Source: Hippea sp. KM1
GTDB lineage: Bacteria; Campylobacterota_A; Desulfurellia; Desulfurellales; Hippeaceae
Direction: 5' to 3'
Assembly (NCBI RefSeq): GCF_000526195.1
Contig: NZ_JAFP01000001.1
Coordinates: 1,316,014 to 1,380,013, forward strand
DNA: 64,000 nucleotides
A program made the translations under genes and the position numbers. Under the pieces are notes generated by a model. It was not told the DNA's origin and made no database searches. It worked only from the letters and a program-made list of their open reading frames with translations. Shown piece by piece: positions 9,358 to 20,078 of this stretch (positions within the stretch are counted from its first letter, which is position 1; each line of letters starts with the position of its first letter).

Positions 9358-9731
9358 TCCTCCCTTTCTATCTTAATCTCGACAATGTGGGAGGGTTCTT
9401 TCTTAACAAGCGAACTTCTGCGGGCGTTCTCCTCCTCTATCTTCCTTCTTAAGGCAGATTCCAAGTTCTCTATAACCTCATGCAGCTGCTCGATCTGCCT
9501 TTTCATCCTCATTATAATATCCACCCCTGCTAAGTTAACACCAAGCTCCTGGGTCATCTCCCTGATAAACTTAATATCCTCTATGTCTTCCTCCGTATAT
9601 ATCCTAATGTTGCCCGCCGTTCTCTTTGGTCTTATAAGCCCCTCACGCTCATACTCCCTCAATGTGTGCGGATGGATGTTTAGAATCTCTGCAACCATGC
9701 CTATCGTATAAAAACCCTTCTTCCTACTCAT
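9354..9731 (-). CDS. hspR: MerR-family heat-shock repressor HspR
   Basis: YTIGMVAEILNIHPHTLREYEREGLIRPKRTAGNIRIYTEEDI is a MerR helix-turn-helix with a coiled-coil tail. It is co-oriented with, and immediately downstream of, a DnaJ-class gene as in the cbpA-hspR operons. A HAIR-like operator lies in the upstream divergent promoter. Confidence 0.8.
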   Translation of the reverse strand: MSRKKGFYTIGMVAEILNIHPHTLREYEREGLIRPKRTAGNIRIYTEEDIEDIKFIREMTQELGVNLAGVDIIMRMKRQIEQLHEVIENLESALRRKIEEENARRSSLVKKEPSHIVEIKIERED

Positions 9732-9734
9732 AGC

Positions 9735-10583
9735 TTAACCCTCTAACGCCTTTTTTATGCATTCTTCATCCTTTATGTTTTTTGGTATCTTGATATTAAC
9801 CCTCGCATAGAGCGGATCTGAACCCACGCCGTATCCCTTTATCTTAAACACCTGATTGCACTGGGTTCCCTTAGGTATTTTTATGGTGACCTCCCCATCC
9901 AGCGTCTTGACCTTCGCAGAGCCACCCAATAGTGCCGTAAGAAGCGGTATCTCAAATGTCGTATACAGCTTGCCATCCTTAAGCTCAAAATCTGGGTCCT
10001 CCTTAACATTAACGATAATATGGAGGTCGCCCCTTCCACCAGGCCCTGCCTGACCTTTGCCTTTAACCTTGAGTTTGGTTCCGTTTTTTATACCAGCTGG
10101 AATCTTAACCTTAACCCTCTCGCCGTTTATGTTTAATGTTATGGTCGTCCCCTTGACGGCATCCCTAAAATCCAGATCCATGGAGTAATAGATGTCTGCA
10201 CCCTTTGGCTCATAGCCGCCCCCAAAACCTCCCCTTCTGCCGCCAAAGAGATTCTCAAACAGATCGCCTATATCGAACCCCTCTGTCGAATAGGTTGTCT
10301 TGAAATTGCCAAAGTCGAAGCCAAAATCCTTAAAATTGCTAAAATCATAGGAATTACCACCCGCATCAAATCCAGAGAAACCGAACTGATCATACTGCTT
10401 GCGTTTTTCAGGATCAGACAGTATCGAATAGGCCTCGTTGATCTCTTTAAACCTCTTCTCAGCCTCCTTGTTGTTTGGGTTTAGATCCGGATGGTATTTC
10501 CTTGCCAATCTCCTGTATGCTTTTTTTATCTCCTCATCTGTTGCATTCTTAGAAACCCCTAAAACCTCGTAAGGATCCCTCAT
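9735..10583 (-). CDS. cbpA: DnaJ-class co-chaperone lacking the zinc finger (CbpA-like curved-DNA-binding protein)
   Basis: J domain [34 protein letters not shown] with the HPD motif, followed by a G/F-rich region. No CxxCxGxG repeats are present. The start is set at ATG 10583 (MRDPYEV), which has a GGAGAG RBS. Confidence 0.8.
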   Translation of the reverse strand: MRDPYEVLGVSKNATDEEIKKAYRRLARKYHPDLNPNNKEAEKRFKEINEAYSILSDPEKRKQYDQFGFSGFDAGGNSYDFSNFKDFGFDFGNFKTTYSTEGFDIGDLFENLFGGRRGGFGGGYEPKGADIYYSMDLDFRDAVKGTTITLNINGERVKVKIPAGIKNGTKLKVKGKGQAGPGGRGDLHIIVNVKEDPDFELKDGKLYTTFEIPLLTALLGGSAKVKTLDGEVTIKIPKGTQCNQVFKIKGYGVGSDPLYARVNIKIPKNIKDEECIKKALEG

Positions 10584-10723
10584 GGTCACTCTCCTTTTCA
10601 AAAGAATTTTGCAAAGCTGCAACCATTAATATAAACCTTATAGTGGTATTGTCAAGTTTTAAAATCAAAAAAATTCCACTTTTAACGCCAATAACAAAAA
10701 TTTTAAAAAATTTACCTCAAGGA

Positions 10724-10744
10724 CTTGACAATATTATTATCAAG
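10724..10744. promoter_or_regulatory. HAIR-like inverted repeat (HspR operator) CTTGACA-N7-TATCAAG in the cbpA-hspR / hsp20-clpB divergent promoter region
   Basis: CTTGACAATATTATTATCAAG approximates the HspR-associated inverted repeat consensus CTTGAGT-N7-ACTCAAG. It overlaps the -35 TTGACA of the hsp20 promoter (TTGACA 10725-10730, 16-nt spacer, TATATT 10747-10752). A mirror promoter TTGACA-N16-TATATT for cbpA lies on the minus strand at about 10628-10655. Confidence 0.6.
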
Positions 10745-10793
10745 GTTATATTCAATAGCGGAATTAAAAATGAGAAACAAGGAGGTGAGAGCC

Positions 10794-11237
10794 ATGTTGA
10801 ATGCATTGGAGCCTTTCAAGGAGTTAACAACACTCCAGGAGAGATTAAACAGGGTATTCAATGATCTTATGCCAAGCGCCAGTCAGAGCAGGGATAGCGC
10901 CGAGTGGATGCCGGCCGTTGACATCTATGAGACAAAGGATTCCATCAACATCGAGGTTGAAGCGCCTGGCATGAAAGAGGAAGACATCAAGATAAATCTT
11001 GAGAATAACACATTGACCATCTACGGTGAGAGGAAGTTTGAGAAGAAAGAGGAAGGCAAGAACTATTACAGGATGGAAAGGAGCTACGGTTCGTTCTCAA
11101 GGAGCTTTTTGTTGCCCGACAATGTGGATGTCGATGCCATTAAGGCAAAATACAAGGACGGTGTTTTGACAATAACGCTTCCGAAAAAACCTGAATCCAA
11201 ACCCAAAGAGATACCGATCGAGAAAGAGGCAAAGTAA
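10794..11237 (+). CDS. Small heat-shock protein, Hsp20/alpha-crystallin family
   Basis: Alpha-crystallin domain WMPAVDIYETKDSINIEVEAPGMKEEDIKINLENNTLTIYGERK...SFSRSFLLPDNVD...GVLTITLPK. The start is ATG 10794 with RBS AAGGAGG at 10779-10785. The longer track ORF from 10725 is rejected. Confidence 0.85.
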   Translation: MLNALEPFKELTTLQERLNRVFNDLMPSASQSRDSAEWMPAVDIYETKDSINIEVEAPGMKEEDIKINLENNTLTIYGERKFEKKEEGKNYYRMERSYGSFSRSFLLPDNVDVDAIKAKYKDGVLTITLPKKPESKPKEIPIEKEAK

Positions 11238-11308
11238 GACGGTAATGCCGAGGGAGGGGTGCCCTCCCCTGGTTTTGCCGCCAAAATAAAAAAATTTAGG
11301 AGGGAGTT

Positions 11309-13915
11309 ATGGATATAAACAGACTGACCGTAAAATCTCAAGAGGCGCTGCAGGCAGCAAAACAGATAGCAGAGTCCAATAAAAACCAGGAGATTGGCTC
11401 GCTTCACCTATTGAGGGCCTTGATCTCAGACCATGAGAGTGTTGCTGTTTCTATACTTAAGAAATTAGGCACCGATATATCTGCTTTTACATCATACACC
11501 GACAGCTTAATAGAGAAGATTCCGAAGGTTGAGATCACAGGCTCAACATCCACGCAGTTTTACATAACCAAGGAGTTGGATGATGTATTCAACAGAGCTG
11601 AAGAGCAGATGCGCCTGATGGAGGATGAATACATAAGCGTTGAGCACTTCTTGATAGCTCTGTCTGAGAAGTGTGATGCAGCTGAGGTGTTTAAGCATTT
11701 TGGCATCAAAAAGGACGAACTCTTAAAGGCGTTAGTCGATATAAGGGGTGGAGTTAGAGTAACGGATCAGAACCCCGAAGAGAAATACGAAGCCCTAAAG
11801 AAGTATGGAAGAGACATAACAGAGCTTGCAAAGAGCGGAAAATTAGACCCCGTCATTGGAAGGGACGAGGAGATTAGAAGAACCATACAGATACTCTCAA
11901 GGAGAACAAAGAACAACCCCGTCTTGATAGGTGAGCCCGGCGTGGGTAAAACGGCTATCGTTGAGGGATTGGCGCAGAGGATAGCAAAGGGTGATGTGCC
12001 AGAAAGCCTAAAAGACAAAACCCTGATAGAGCTCGACCTGGGCGCACTGATAGCTGGCGCTAAGTTTAGGGGCGAGTTCGAGGAGAGGCTTAAAGCCGTA
12101 TTGAACGAGGTAAAGCGCTCAGAGGGTAAGATTATACTGTTTATAGACGAGCTTCACACCGTCGTAGGAGCGGGTGCGGCCGAAGGTTCCATGGATGCAT
12201 CGAATATGTTAAAACCGATGCTTGCAAGGGGTGAATTGCGCTGTATAGGAGCCACAACACTAAAGGAATACAGAAAATACATAGAAAAAGATGCGGCATT
12301 GCAGAGGAGATTCCAGCCGGTCTTTGTGAAAGAGCCAACTGTGGAGGATACCATATCGATTTTAAGGGGTCTTAAGGAGAAGTATGAGCTCCATCACGGT
12401 GTCAGGATAAAGGATTCTGCAATAGTGGCAGCCGCTGTCCTAAGTCATAGATACATCACCGATAGGTTCTTGCCCGACAAGGCAATCGACTTAATAGATG
12501 AGGCTGCAGCAAGCCTAAAAACGCAGCTTGAGAGTGATATAGAGCCCATAGACAATCTAAACAGGAAGATAGCTCAGCTTGAGATAGAGCGTCAGGCTCT
12601 AAAGAAAGAAAACGACGAGGATTCCAAAAAGAGGCTTGAAGAGCTTGAAAAAGAGCTAAGTCAACTAAAAGAGCAACTCAATCAAATAAAGGCAAGATGG
12701 CAATACGAAAAAGGCCTGATAGAATCGATACGCAACATCAAAGAGAAGATAGACAAAATCAAAACGCAGATCGAGATTGCCGAAAGGAACGGTGATTTTG
12801 AGAAGGCAAGCGTATTGAAATACGGAGAGCTTCCAAAATTACAAAAGGAGCTTGAAGAGAAACAGAAAGAGTTAAACTCCATAGAAAACAGGCTCTTAAA
12901 AGAGGAGGTAACCGAGGAAGAGGTCGCTGCAATCGTCTCCAGATGGACAGGTATCCCAGTTGCCAAGATGTTGGAAAGCGAAAAGGAAAAGCTCCTTAAG
13001 ATGGAGGATAAACTAAAAGAAAGGGTCGTTGGGCAGGATCACGCCGTTAAAGCCGTTAGCGAGGCTATATTGCGTTCAAGGGCTGGACTGTCCGACAAAA
13101 ACAGACCTATCGCCTCGTTTATATTCTTAGGGCCAACAGGTGTGGGAAAGACCGAGTTATCCAAGGCTTTAGCTGAATACCTGTTTGACGATGAGAGGGC
13201 TATAATAAGGATAGACATGAGCGAATACATGGAGAAATTCTCCGTCTCAAGGCTAATAGGTGCACCGCCTGGATATGTTGGATACGAAGAGGGTGGCCAG
13301 CTAACCGAAGCTGTAAGGAGAAAGCCCTATTCAGTGGTTCTGTTAGATGAGATAGAGAAGGCGCATCCGGATGTATTCAATATATTGCTGCAGGTTTTAG
13401 ATGATGGACGCCTGACCGATTCAAAGGGTGTAACGGTGGATTTCAGAAACACCGTTATCATAATGACATCCAACATAGGCAGTGAATACCTAACAAGGAT
13501 CAAGGGGGAGCCAGGCACAGAGGGATATAAAATCGAGTTCGAGAAGGCAGTTGCTGAGGTTAACGCCGAGCTTAAAAGAAGATTTAAGCCCGAATTCCTA
13601 AACAGGATAGATGAAATAATCGTATTCAATCCGTTAGGCAGGAACGAGATAAAACAGATCGTAAGGCTGCTGCTTAAAAAGACCCAGCAAAAACTCAAGG
13701 AAAACGGCTATGAGCTTGAGGTAAGCGACAGGCTCGTTGAAAGGATAGCCGATGAAGGCTTCGATCCTGTATACGGAGCAAGACCGCTAAGGAGATACAT
13801 ACAAAACAGGCTCGAAAACGCACTTGCGCGGGCAATCCTTGAGGGTAGATTTGTAAAGGGCGATAAGATCTTCGCAGACTTTGAGAACAACGAGATAGTC
13901 TTCAAAAAAGCCTAA
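11309..13915 (+). CDS. clpB: Chaperone disaggregase ClpB
   Basis: 868 aa with two AAA+ modules ([16 protein letters not shown]), a long middle coiled coil and ClpB-specific N-terminal repeats. Confidence 0.95.
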   Translation: MDINRLTVKSQEALQAAKQIAESNKNQEIGSLHLLRALISDHESVAVSILKKLGTDISAFTSYTDSLIEKIPKVEITGSTSTQFYITKELDDVFNRAEEQMRLMEDEYISVEHFLIALSEKCDAAEVFKHFGIKKDELLKALVDIRGGVRVTDQNPEEKYEALKKYGRDITELAKSGKLDPVIGRDEEIRRTIQILSRRTKNNPVLIGEPGVGKTAIVEGLAQRIAKGDVPESLKDKTLIELDLGALIAGAKFRGEFEERLKAVLNEVKRSEGKIILFIDELHTVVGAGAAEGSMDASNMLKPMLARGELRCIGATTLKEYRKYIEKDAALQRRFQPVFVKEPTVEDTISILRGLKEKYELHHGVRIKDSAIVAAAVLSHRYITDRFLPDKAIDLIDEAAASLKTQLESDIEPIDNLNRKIAQLEIERQALKKENDEDSKKRLEELEKELSQLKEQLNQIKARWQYEKGLIESIRNIKEKIDKIKTQIEIAERNGDFEKASVLKYGELPKLQKELEEKQKELNSIENRLLKEEVTEEEVAAIVSRWTGIPVAKMLESEKEKLLKMEDKLKERVVGQDHAVKAVSEAILRSRAGLSDKNRPIASFIFLGPTGVGKTELSKALAEYLFDDERAIIRIDMSEYMEKFSVSRLIGAPPGYVGYEEGGQLTEAVRRKPYSVVLLDEIEKAHPDVFNILLQVLDDGRLTDSKGVTVDFRNTVIIMTSNIGSEYLTRIKGEPGTEGYKIEFEKAVAEVNAELKRRFKPEFLNRIDEIIVFNPLGRNEIKQIVRLLLKKTQQKLKENGYELEVSDRLVERIADEGFDPVYGARPLRRYIQNRLENALARAILEGRFVKGDKIFADFENNEIVFKKA

Positions 13916-13945
13916 AAGGAGGGGAGACCCTCCTTTTTTCTTTTT
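13913..13945. terminator. Rho-independent terminator, usable from either direction, between clpB and pilX
   Basis: AAGGAGGG-GAGA-CCCTCCTT forms a perfect 8-bp GC-rich stem. It is followed by TTTTTTCTTTTT on the plus strand and by an A-run on the minus strand. Confidence 0.7.
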
Positions 13946-14477
13946 AATCTGTCCTTAAAAATACTATAATCCATGCCCTTTCCTGTGGATTGTTTTTATT
14001 TTGGGATACAACATCAAAGGTGTAATACCACTTACCAGAGGAAGAGCCTCTGGTATCGACAAGTTTCATATAGACCTCATAATCGCCTAAATCGAGCTTC
14101 GTATCATAGTAATCTATTATATCCTCAACGGTATCGTGTGATGACAGCTGAGATTCATTGTCTATTCGATTATTGGATTCTATGTATTTTTTGCAACTTT
14201 CAGCCCAATTTTCGGTATTTTGTTGCACCTTGCACTTTGCATCTGTATCGGAAGGCATACCCTTATGGTAAACATAACCGGACATGCTTCTGACAAAATA
14301 TTCCACACCTCCTTTGGCGGCCTCTAAGGCTGTCGTATACACCTTCATAGATCCCGACATCTTTGTGCCGCTTAATACAAGCTGCATAAGTGCGGCTATC
14401 AAAGCCATAGCAACCAGGGACAATACCAGGGCTGTTATAAGTGCTATACCTTTATTATTCAGCCTTTTCTTCATCAT
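13944..14477 (-). CDS. pilX: Type IV pilus minor pilin PilX-like (PilX_N domain)
   Basis: N-terminus MMKKRLNNKG/IALITALVLSLVAMALIAALMQL is a prepilin-like leader plus a hydrophobic helix without E5, typical of PilX. It is the last gene of the minor pilin operon. Confidence 0.6.
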   Translation of the reverse strand: MMKKRLNNKGIALITALVLSLVAMALIAALMQLVLSGTKMSGSMKVYTTALEAAKGGVEYFVRSMSGYVYHKGMPSDTDAKCKVQQNTENWAESCKKYIESNNRIDNESQLSSHDTVEDIIDYYDTKLDLGDYEVYMKLVDTRGSSSGKWYYTFDVVSQNKNNPQERAWIIVFLRTD

Positions 14478-15553
14478 TCCAAATTCCTTTTTCTGACTTT
14501 TATATTTAACGGATCAACAACAAGCTCTACCATCTTCCATCTGTAATGCTTCTGATCACCAGTGGGGGTAAATTCATCCGATGTATCCGTTGTATCGTCT
14601 CTTAGTTTAAAACTCTGATTAAATGTAAAATCGGGGTCTTTTTTACCCTCCTGATAAACAATAAACACCTTAACCTGTTTTAGTTGTTCCCTGATTTCCT
14701 TGCTAATATCCGAATTGGCTACACTATTATCGTATGGAGCATCACTCCAATCATCAATACTCCCATCACTGTTATTATCCAATCCAAATTTAACCTGAAA
14801 CTTCACGACACAATCCATAATAGGCTGCTCATTTCTTTTTCCATCTGATTGCCTTATAGTGGCCCTATATAGCTCGTAAGTATTCGGGGCGCATCTTTTT
14901 GGCATACCATCTGTGGGTCTTTTTAGATAGTAATCTACTCTATTGAATGGCATTCTTGGATTATTATCATCTATACCAAAAAATAGATATATATTACCCC
15001 CGGGCTTACATGTTGTCCCAAAGTCACTATCTGTTACATATTTCAAAAACTCCATATTCTCAGGCTTTACCACGGCAAAATATATATCATCTATATTACC
15101 ATCTCCTCCTAACGCCTTATAATAAACCTCATCACTTAAATTCTCATACACATAACCCCAATGCTCCGTGTATTTATTAAGTGCTGCCACTGATGAACGG
15201 ATAACAAGGACATCAGAGTTATCCGGACCAGCATTATTTGCAAAAGAAAAGGCCTCAGGTTTTGACGAATCCTCGGCATTTAAATCATGTGGATCGGGTG
15301 TATATTTAGAATCATAATCAGCTTCATTGTAAGAAACACTAATATTCCAGGGCAGACCAAAACCCGCCATTTCTATGTCCTTTCTTAACATCTCAAGCCC
15401 TATCAAATTGTTTATATTGCTCTGGGCTATGCCGCTCTGCTGTATTTGGGATTTAAGCACCACTATATAGCTTCTGTATATCATCGCAAGAACTATGCCC
15501 AATATAGCCAGAACAACCAACAACTCAATCAGAGTGATACCCTTTCTATTCAT
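14474..15553 (-). CDS. pilW: Type IV pilus minor pilin PilW-like
   Basis: Class III prepilin signal MNRKG/ITLIELLVVLAILGIVLAMIY with E5. The start is set at ATG 15553. A DNNSDGSIDD calcium-binding-type loop is present. Confidence 0.6.
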   Translation of the reverse strand: MNRKGITLIELLVVLAILGIVLAMIYRSYIVVLKSQIQQSGIAQSNINNLIGLEMLRKDIEMAGFGLPWNISVSYNEADYDSKYTPDPHDLNAEDSSKPEAFSFANNAGPDNSDVLVIRSSVAALNKYTEHWGYVYENLSDEVYYKALGGDGNIDDIYFAVVKPENMEFLKYVTDSDFGTTCKPGGNIYLFFGIDDNNPRMPFNRVDYYLKRPTDGMPKRCAPNTYELYRATIRQSDGKRNEQPIMDCVVKFQVKFGLDNNSDGSIDDWSDAPYDNSVANSDISKEIREQLKQVKVFIVYQEGKKDPDFTFNQSFKLRDDTTDTSDEFTPTGDQKHYRWKMVELVVDPLNIKVRKRNLE

Positions 15554-15938
15554 CTCTATACACCTTTGTCTGTAAAGTATAAGTGTAATGCTTGCCCTTG
15601 TAATCGTATGAAACATTAACGGTCAAATCACTAACCCCACCCTTTGTAAAACTATTGGGGTCTGAAGGGTTGGCTTGTATGGTGTATGTTACGGTGTGAT
15701 TTCTATATGTGATGTTATCTTCGCTTGGGCAAACCTGCATAACCCTCATGCTCTCCACGCACGATTGGGCAATCTTTACGGCTTCATTTCTTAATGCATT
15801 TAAAACATTGAGTTGAGTATAGACAATCAAGGCATGCGCCAGAGCAAGAAAAACCACCAAAACTATAACAATAGCAACAAGCAACTCTATAAGGCTAAAA
15901 CCTTTATCCCTATTCCTCGGTATTACAGTCTGTTCCAT
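15546..15938 (-). CDS. pilV: Type IV pilus minor pilin PilV-like
   Basis: RDKG/FSLIELLVAIVIVLVVFLALA prepilin cleavage and methylation motif, in a 130-aa protein. Confidence 0.6.
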   Translation of the reverse strand: MEQTVIPRNRDKGFSLIELLVAIVIVLVVFLALAHALIVYTQLNVLNALRNEAVKIAQSCVESMRVMQVCPSEDNITYRNHTVTYTIQANPSDPNSFTKGGVSDLTVNVSYDYKGKHYTYTLQTKVYRDE

Positions 15939-16383
15939 CCCACTTCCCTAAAGATATTCTAATTTCAGATATATTTACACAACTATACCTTGCACCATAA
16001 TCATCACCCTTTATGTGGATATTACCGTTGTGATCAGCAGTTCCATCAGAAGAAAAATCTACATAACTAACGCCAAGCTTTATACTTCCCTCAAAGTCAT
16101 TCTTCAGCTGAATCTCCCCTATTTTGCTGCCACCACAATACAGATCCACCTTTTTAAACGGATTAGCTGCCCACTGCATCTTGCATTCCTGCTTTCCAGA
16201 AAAAGCTCTAACCCTCAACTCGTTTAGCGCTGAGTATATCTTTTGAACATCGCCAGATACATCCTCTTTTTTTACCCACCTGTTATACATGGGTATGGCT
16301 ATGGACAACATGATAACTATCAAGGCTATAACAACAAGCAACTCAATCAATGTTATGCCTTTTTTATTCATCAACCTTTTCAT
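15910..16383 (-). CDS. Type IV minor pilin FimT/FimU (GspH-like)
   Basis: NKKG/ITLIELLVVIALIVIMLSIAIP prepilin motif with the conserved E5, in a 157-aa protein. Confidence 0.6.
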   Translation of the reverse strand: MKRLMNKKGITLIELLVVIALIVIMLSIAIPMYNRWVKKEDVSGDVQKIYSALNELRVRAFSGKQECKMQWAANPFKKVDLYCGGSKIGEIQLKNDFEGSIKLGVSYVDFSSDGTADHNGNIHIKGDDYGARYSCVNISEIRISLGKWDGTDCNTEE

Positions 16384-19300
16384 CTCTCTATCTCATAGAG
16401 TATTTCTGCTGGATTCCTCGTTGGCCTTTCAACTATAGCCGACCTATTGGGCGGTGCAGTTCCAACTGTCCAATCTGTTGCTTTATCGTTCTTTTTAGTA
16501 AATGGATTGCTTCCACCAGTCGGGTTTTGTGGGTTAATATCCATATCAAACTTAGTAATCTTACCAACCGATGTCTGCAATAAGAGTGTTCCTACTATTC
16601 TGCCGGTTAAATTACATGTCTGATGGACAAGCGATTCTCCTGTGGCGCAGTTCATACCCCACATTCTCGACCTACCACCAAAACCACAGATATCCGATGT
16701 GGGTTCGGTTGTTGTGAAAAACACAGCATCCATGGATGATACAGTGGTGCCTGTAATATCCCTTTCTTTGTTATACCCATCGCCTTTTGGATCTAAATCC
16801 TGATACCAGCCATAAAGCGTATCATCAACATAAGAACACGAATTCTCAGATGTATGCAGAGCAGAACTACCCAATGTGCAGTCTGTATCACCATCACTCT
16901 CCAGACAAGCCTCAATCTTTATGCCATACAACCTTTCTATATCAGAATCATCCTTACCAGGATCATCATCCCTAAAGAAATACCTTCCGCTGCCAAAGTA
17001 AAGAAAACCCTTTTTTGAGCCGCCTACATTGCACTTATAATAGCTTATAGGCACTATAACAGGCCCAATAGGATTGCTAAATAATTTGAATATCGTCCAA
17101 TTGGCGGGGTTATCATCATCTATCTTGACCCCAACCACATTACCCTTCCAATTATCCCCATCCTTATACACAACGCCAAAGAAAACAGCCTTCGTCGTTT
17201 CATACCATCTACTATCGTCCAATACCCCATATTTTGACATCCTGCCGCCAAATGCATTACCCAAACCAAGTTCATCGGAAACATTTATGGTGTATGTCGA
17301 GGATATAGTAAAGTCATCTTTTAAACGAAGAACGAACAGCCTCAACTTCTGACCAACCTCACCGTTATAATTTGTGGGGCCTGAGGCAAACATTACATAA
17401 TAGTTATAGCCACCAGAGTCGTTCCTTCTTTTTATAAATGTCGGACCAGAATAACTGAATCCCAGGTTTTTATTCGTGAATTCCCATAAAAACTTAGGAT
17501 GCACAGGATCTGTTATATCGAGGGCAAAATAAGAAGACAATCCCAGACAGTAATTGGATGACGACACCACAGGATCCCTATCGTGCGCATAAGCAGAGGT
17601 GTTATCACATGTATCCTCAGGAGGGTTTATGCACACAGAGGAGTTATCACATCCGACGGCACCACCAAGCCTCATGCCGCCTATCAAAATCCTCTTATCA
17701 ATAGTGCCGTCGCTATTGTTATCCAGTTCTATAATGGTTGGCGTTAAGTCCACATAGTATAGATGACAATAATCTGGATCGGCTAAGAATCTCAGATACG
17801 GAAGGGCGTTTTTAGGTATAAACGCCCACAACTCCTCACCCAATTTATCTGTATCTTCATAGGTTCTATCGTTCCTTAGTTTAGCCAGCTGATATACGCC
17901 CAGCCTATCATATCTATACTTACCAACCCTAAATGCATGCAACATACCGTCATTAGCCCCTACAAAGGCCACGGCATAGTCATCGTAATTTACAATCTTG
18001 GGTGTTGAGTATATTATATCCCCTAATTTCCAAACATCACCCGAAGGATTTATCTTTCTTTCCCTATAGCCAGATATATCGACACCGTAAATATAATTCT
18101 TCAAATCGCTAAATGTTATACTCTTGGAGTATTTTACAGATTCTGTTTCTTCATCTATGGTTCCATCCCCGTTTTCATCCCCAAATAATTTAGAGTAATA
18201 AAGGTTATTGTTAGAATCGTTTGATAAATCCTTTAATTCAACAAGGTCTTTTGGAGAGGATGGCTGTGTATCATCTACATATGTATATATCTTTCTATCC
18301 ATAGCATTCTCCTGGGCAAGAACACTACCAGCCTCCCAAACGGAATGCGCCTCGTCCAAACCATCATACACAACATCTGCGGTTGACGAGACATTATCAC
18401 CTGTGCACGAACTCTTAAAGGCCTTGATCTTAAGCTTATTATCCTCAAACTCATAACTCATTATATAATCGCCACCAGCCGAGCCGTTGCTGCATATATC
18501 GAGGTCTTTATTAACTATCGTATCTTCCCTCATGTTGCTTTTGAATGTTTGACCGGTTTCTGAGGTATAGAACCACCAATTATACAACGATCCAGCCCAA
18601 TCAACGGTATAACTTTTACCGTTATTTATGAGTATCTTTTGAGGATAAAAAGCAGCCTGCAATATACCTGCATTTACCCTCTCTTTCTCTGATAAAACAG
18701 ATGTCGCTGTGCCGGAAGAGACCTGTTTCAACATATTATTAATAGCGTCCATTATCTTATTTTCAAGCTCCTTTCCTTCTTGAGCTTCGTAGTAATTATC
18801 AGGAATATCGTTACTATCACTATCCCACTCTTTCTGCAAATCGGGTATATTATTATTATTTATATCATTAAATCCACCATACTTTGCGGCTTTTTTCAGT
18901 AGATCTCTAGCTGTATCGCTATTACCAAATGTATAAACTACATATAAGCTTAAGTTTTGAGTGCCATCCATATCATTTCTCAAATCAGAAACATGACTAT
19001 AATAGGCTACACCCTCCAAATAATAAGTTCCATCCCCTGAAAAGTCGGAACTCCATTGGGATGAATAATTCTCATTCTCTGCAATTTTATCCATCCAGGT
19101 TTTAATATTGAGATTGGAATCTGTCACTTTTCCGACCCTACCATAAAAATAACTCCCTGGCAAATTCTTATCTTTTGTTGATTCACCGTCAGTAATAAGT
19201 AGAACAAAACTCTTCTGGCATCTATATTGAATAGGATCATTATTAGAGTAACTTACACCTCTATTATATGCAGAGCTTTCCGCCTCAAAATATCTTATGG

Positions 19301-20078
19301 CCTCATAATAAGTTTCAGCCAAAGGAGTCCAGGTCGAAGGTTCTATATTCCTAATCTTACTTACCAACTCTTGATTTTCACCTGGCCCTGATACCTGCTC
19401 CGCCACATACCCACCATCTAAGTTAACTCCGTCCTCATATCTATTTCCTACATTAAAGAACATAAGTCCAAACCTAACTTTATTCCACATTTTTTGAACT
19501 ATGCCAGTTTTTTCACCTTCAAGTTTAATCTTTATATAATAAGGATTGTCATAATAATAAAAAACTTTTTTCCACCAATATCCAACATAAAACTTACCGC
19601 CAGTAACCAAAAAACTTTGATTTCCACTATATGGCGTATAATCATCTACATTGCTGTATTCTTTATTGTAGTCTCTATCAGGATTTGGAGCACCTATTAA
19701 ATACCACACTCCGCCTGTTTCTATTTCTCTACCACCAACCAACACTTTTTTTAATATATCCACCCTTCTCATGGTAAGCCAATTCAAAAAATTACCATCC
19801 CACTCACCGGATTCATCTTCATAAAAATACCCACCACTATTATTGTATTTATACTTTTTATTGGAATCAAAATAGCCATAATAAGTAACAGATGGGTTAA
19901 AGTCGTTTTTGTAAGCAAAATCATACATACTCCCAGAATTATCCAAAATAATCAGAACATTAGGACAAACGGATTGGGTTATAAATGGTGGCACTGCGCA
20001 GTAATCAGCTATAGAAGCAGCAGAAATACAGGGATAAAATGTTATAATAAATATCAAGATAAACAATATCTTTTTCAT
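16380..20078 (-). CDS. pilY1: PilY1/PilC-like type IV pilus tip adhesin (N-terminal vWA domain, C-terminal propeller region with EF-hand-like Ca2+ loops)
   Basis: Signal peptide MKKILFILIFIITFYPCISA. vWA MIDAS motif VLIILDNSGSM, and later LLITDGEST. The 1232-aa size is typical of the family. D-x-[DN]-x-D-G-x-I-D loops are present: DENGDGTID at about 18152-18181 and DNNSDGTID at about 17698-17724. It sits in an operon with the minor pilins. Confidence 0.7.
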   Translation of the reverse strand: MKKILFILIFIITFYPCISAASIADYCAVPPFITQSVCPNVLIILDNSGSMYDFAYKNDFNPSVTYYGYFDSNKKYKYNNSGGYFYEDESGEWDGNFLNWLTMRRVDILKKVLVGGREIETGGVWYLIGAPNPDRDYNKEYSNVDDYTPYSGNQSFLVTGGKFYVGYWWKKVFYYYDNPYYIKIKLEGEKTGIVQKMWNKVRFGLMFFNVGNRYEDGVNLDGGYVAEQVSGPGENQELVSKIRNIEPSTWTPLAETYYEAIRYFEAESSAYNRGVSYSNNDPIQYRCQKSFVLLITDGESTKDKNLPGSYFYGRVGKVTDSNLNIKTWMDKIAENENYSSQWSSDFSGDGTYYLEGVAYYSHVSDLRNDMDGTQNLSLYVVYTFGNSDTARDLLKKAAKYGGFNDINNNNIPDLQKEWDSDSNDIPDNYYEAQEGKELENKIMDAINNMLKQVSSGTATSVLSEKERVNAGILQAAFYPQKILINNGKSYTVDWAGSLYNWWFYTSETGQTFKSNMREDTIVNKDLDICSNGSAGGDYIMSYEFEDNKLKIKAFKSSCTGDNVSSTADVVYDGLDEAHSVWEAGSVLAQENAMDRKIYTYVDDTQPSSPKDLVELKDLSNDSNNNLYYSKLFGDENGDGTIDEETESVKYSKSITFSDLKNYIYGVDISGYRERKINPSGDVWKLGDIIYSTPKIVNYDDYAVAFVGANDGMLHAFRVGKYRYDRLGVYQLAKLRNDRTYEDTDKLGEELWAFIPKNALPYLRFLADPDYCHLYYVDLTPTIIELDNNSDGTIDKRILIGGMRLGGAVGCDNSSVCINPPEDTCDNTSAYAHDRDPVVSSSNYCLGLSSYFALDITDPVHPKFLWEFTNKNLGFSYSGPTFIKRRNDSGGYNYYVMFASGPTNYNGEVGQKLRLFVLRLKDDFTISSTYTINVSDELGLGNAFGGRMSKYGVLDDSRWYETTKAVFFGVVYKDGDNWKGNVVGVKIDDDNPANWTIFKLFSNPIGPVIVPISYYKCNVGGSKKGFLYFGSGRYFFRDDDPGKDDSDIERLYGIKIEACLESDGDTDCTLGSSALHTSENSCSYVDDTLYGWYQDLDPKGDGYNKERDITGTTVSSMDAVFFTTTEPTSDICGFGGRSRMWGMNCATGESLVHQTCNLTGRIVGTLLLQTSVGKITKFDMDINPQNPTGGSNPFTKKNDKATDWTVGTAPPNRSAIVERPTRNPAEILYEIER

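Noticed and set aside
10725-10793. Track ORF start at 10725 extending Hsp20 by 23 residues (MTILLSRLYSIAELKMRNKEVRA)
   Set aside because: The extension covers the promoter and HAIR element and has no RBS. The ATG at 10794 has a perfect AAGGAGG SD and yields a normal-length Hsp20.
11238-11308. GC-rich element GAGGGAGGGGTGCCCTCCCCTGGTTTTG between hsp20 and clpB, a possible terminator or attenuator
   Set aside because: It pairs only as a 5-bp stem (AGGGG/CCCCT) with A.C mismatches beyond that, and the U-run is weak. It is probably at most a partial pause site, and clpB is likely co-transcribed with hsp20.
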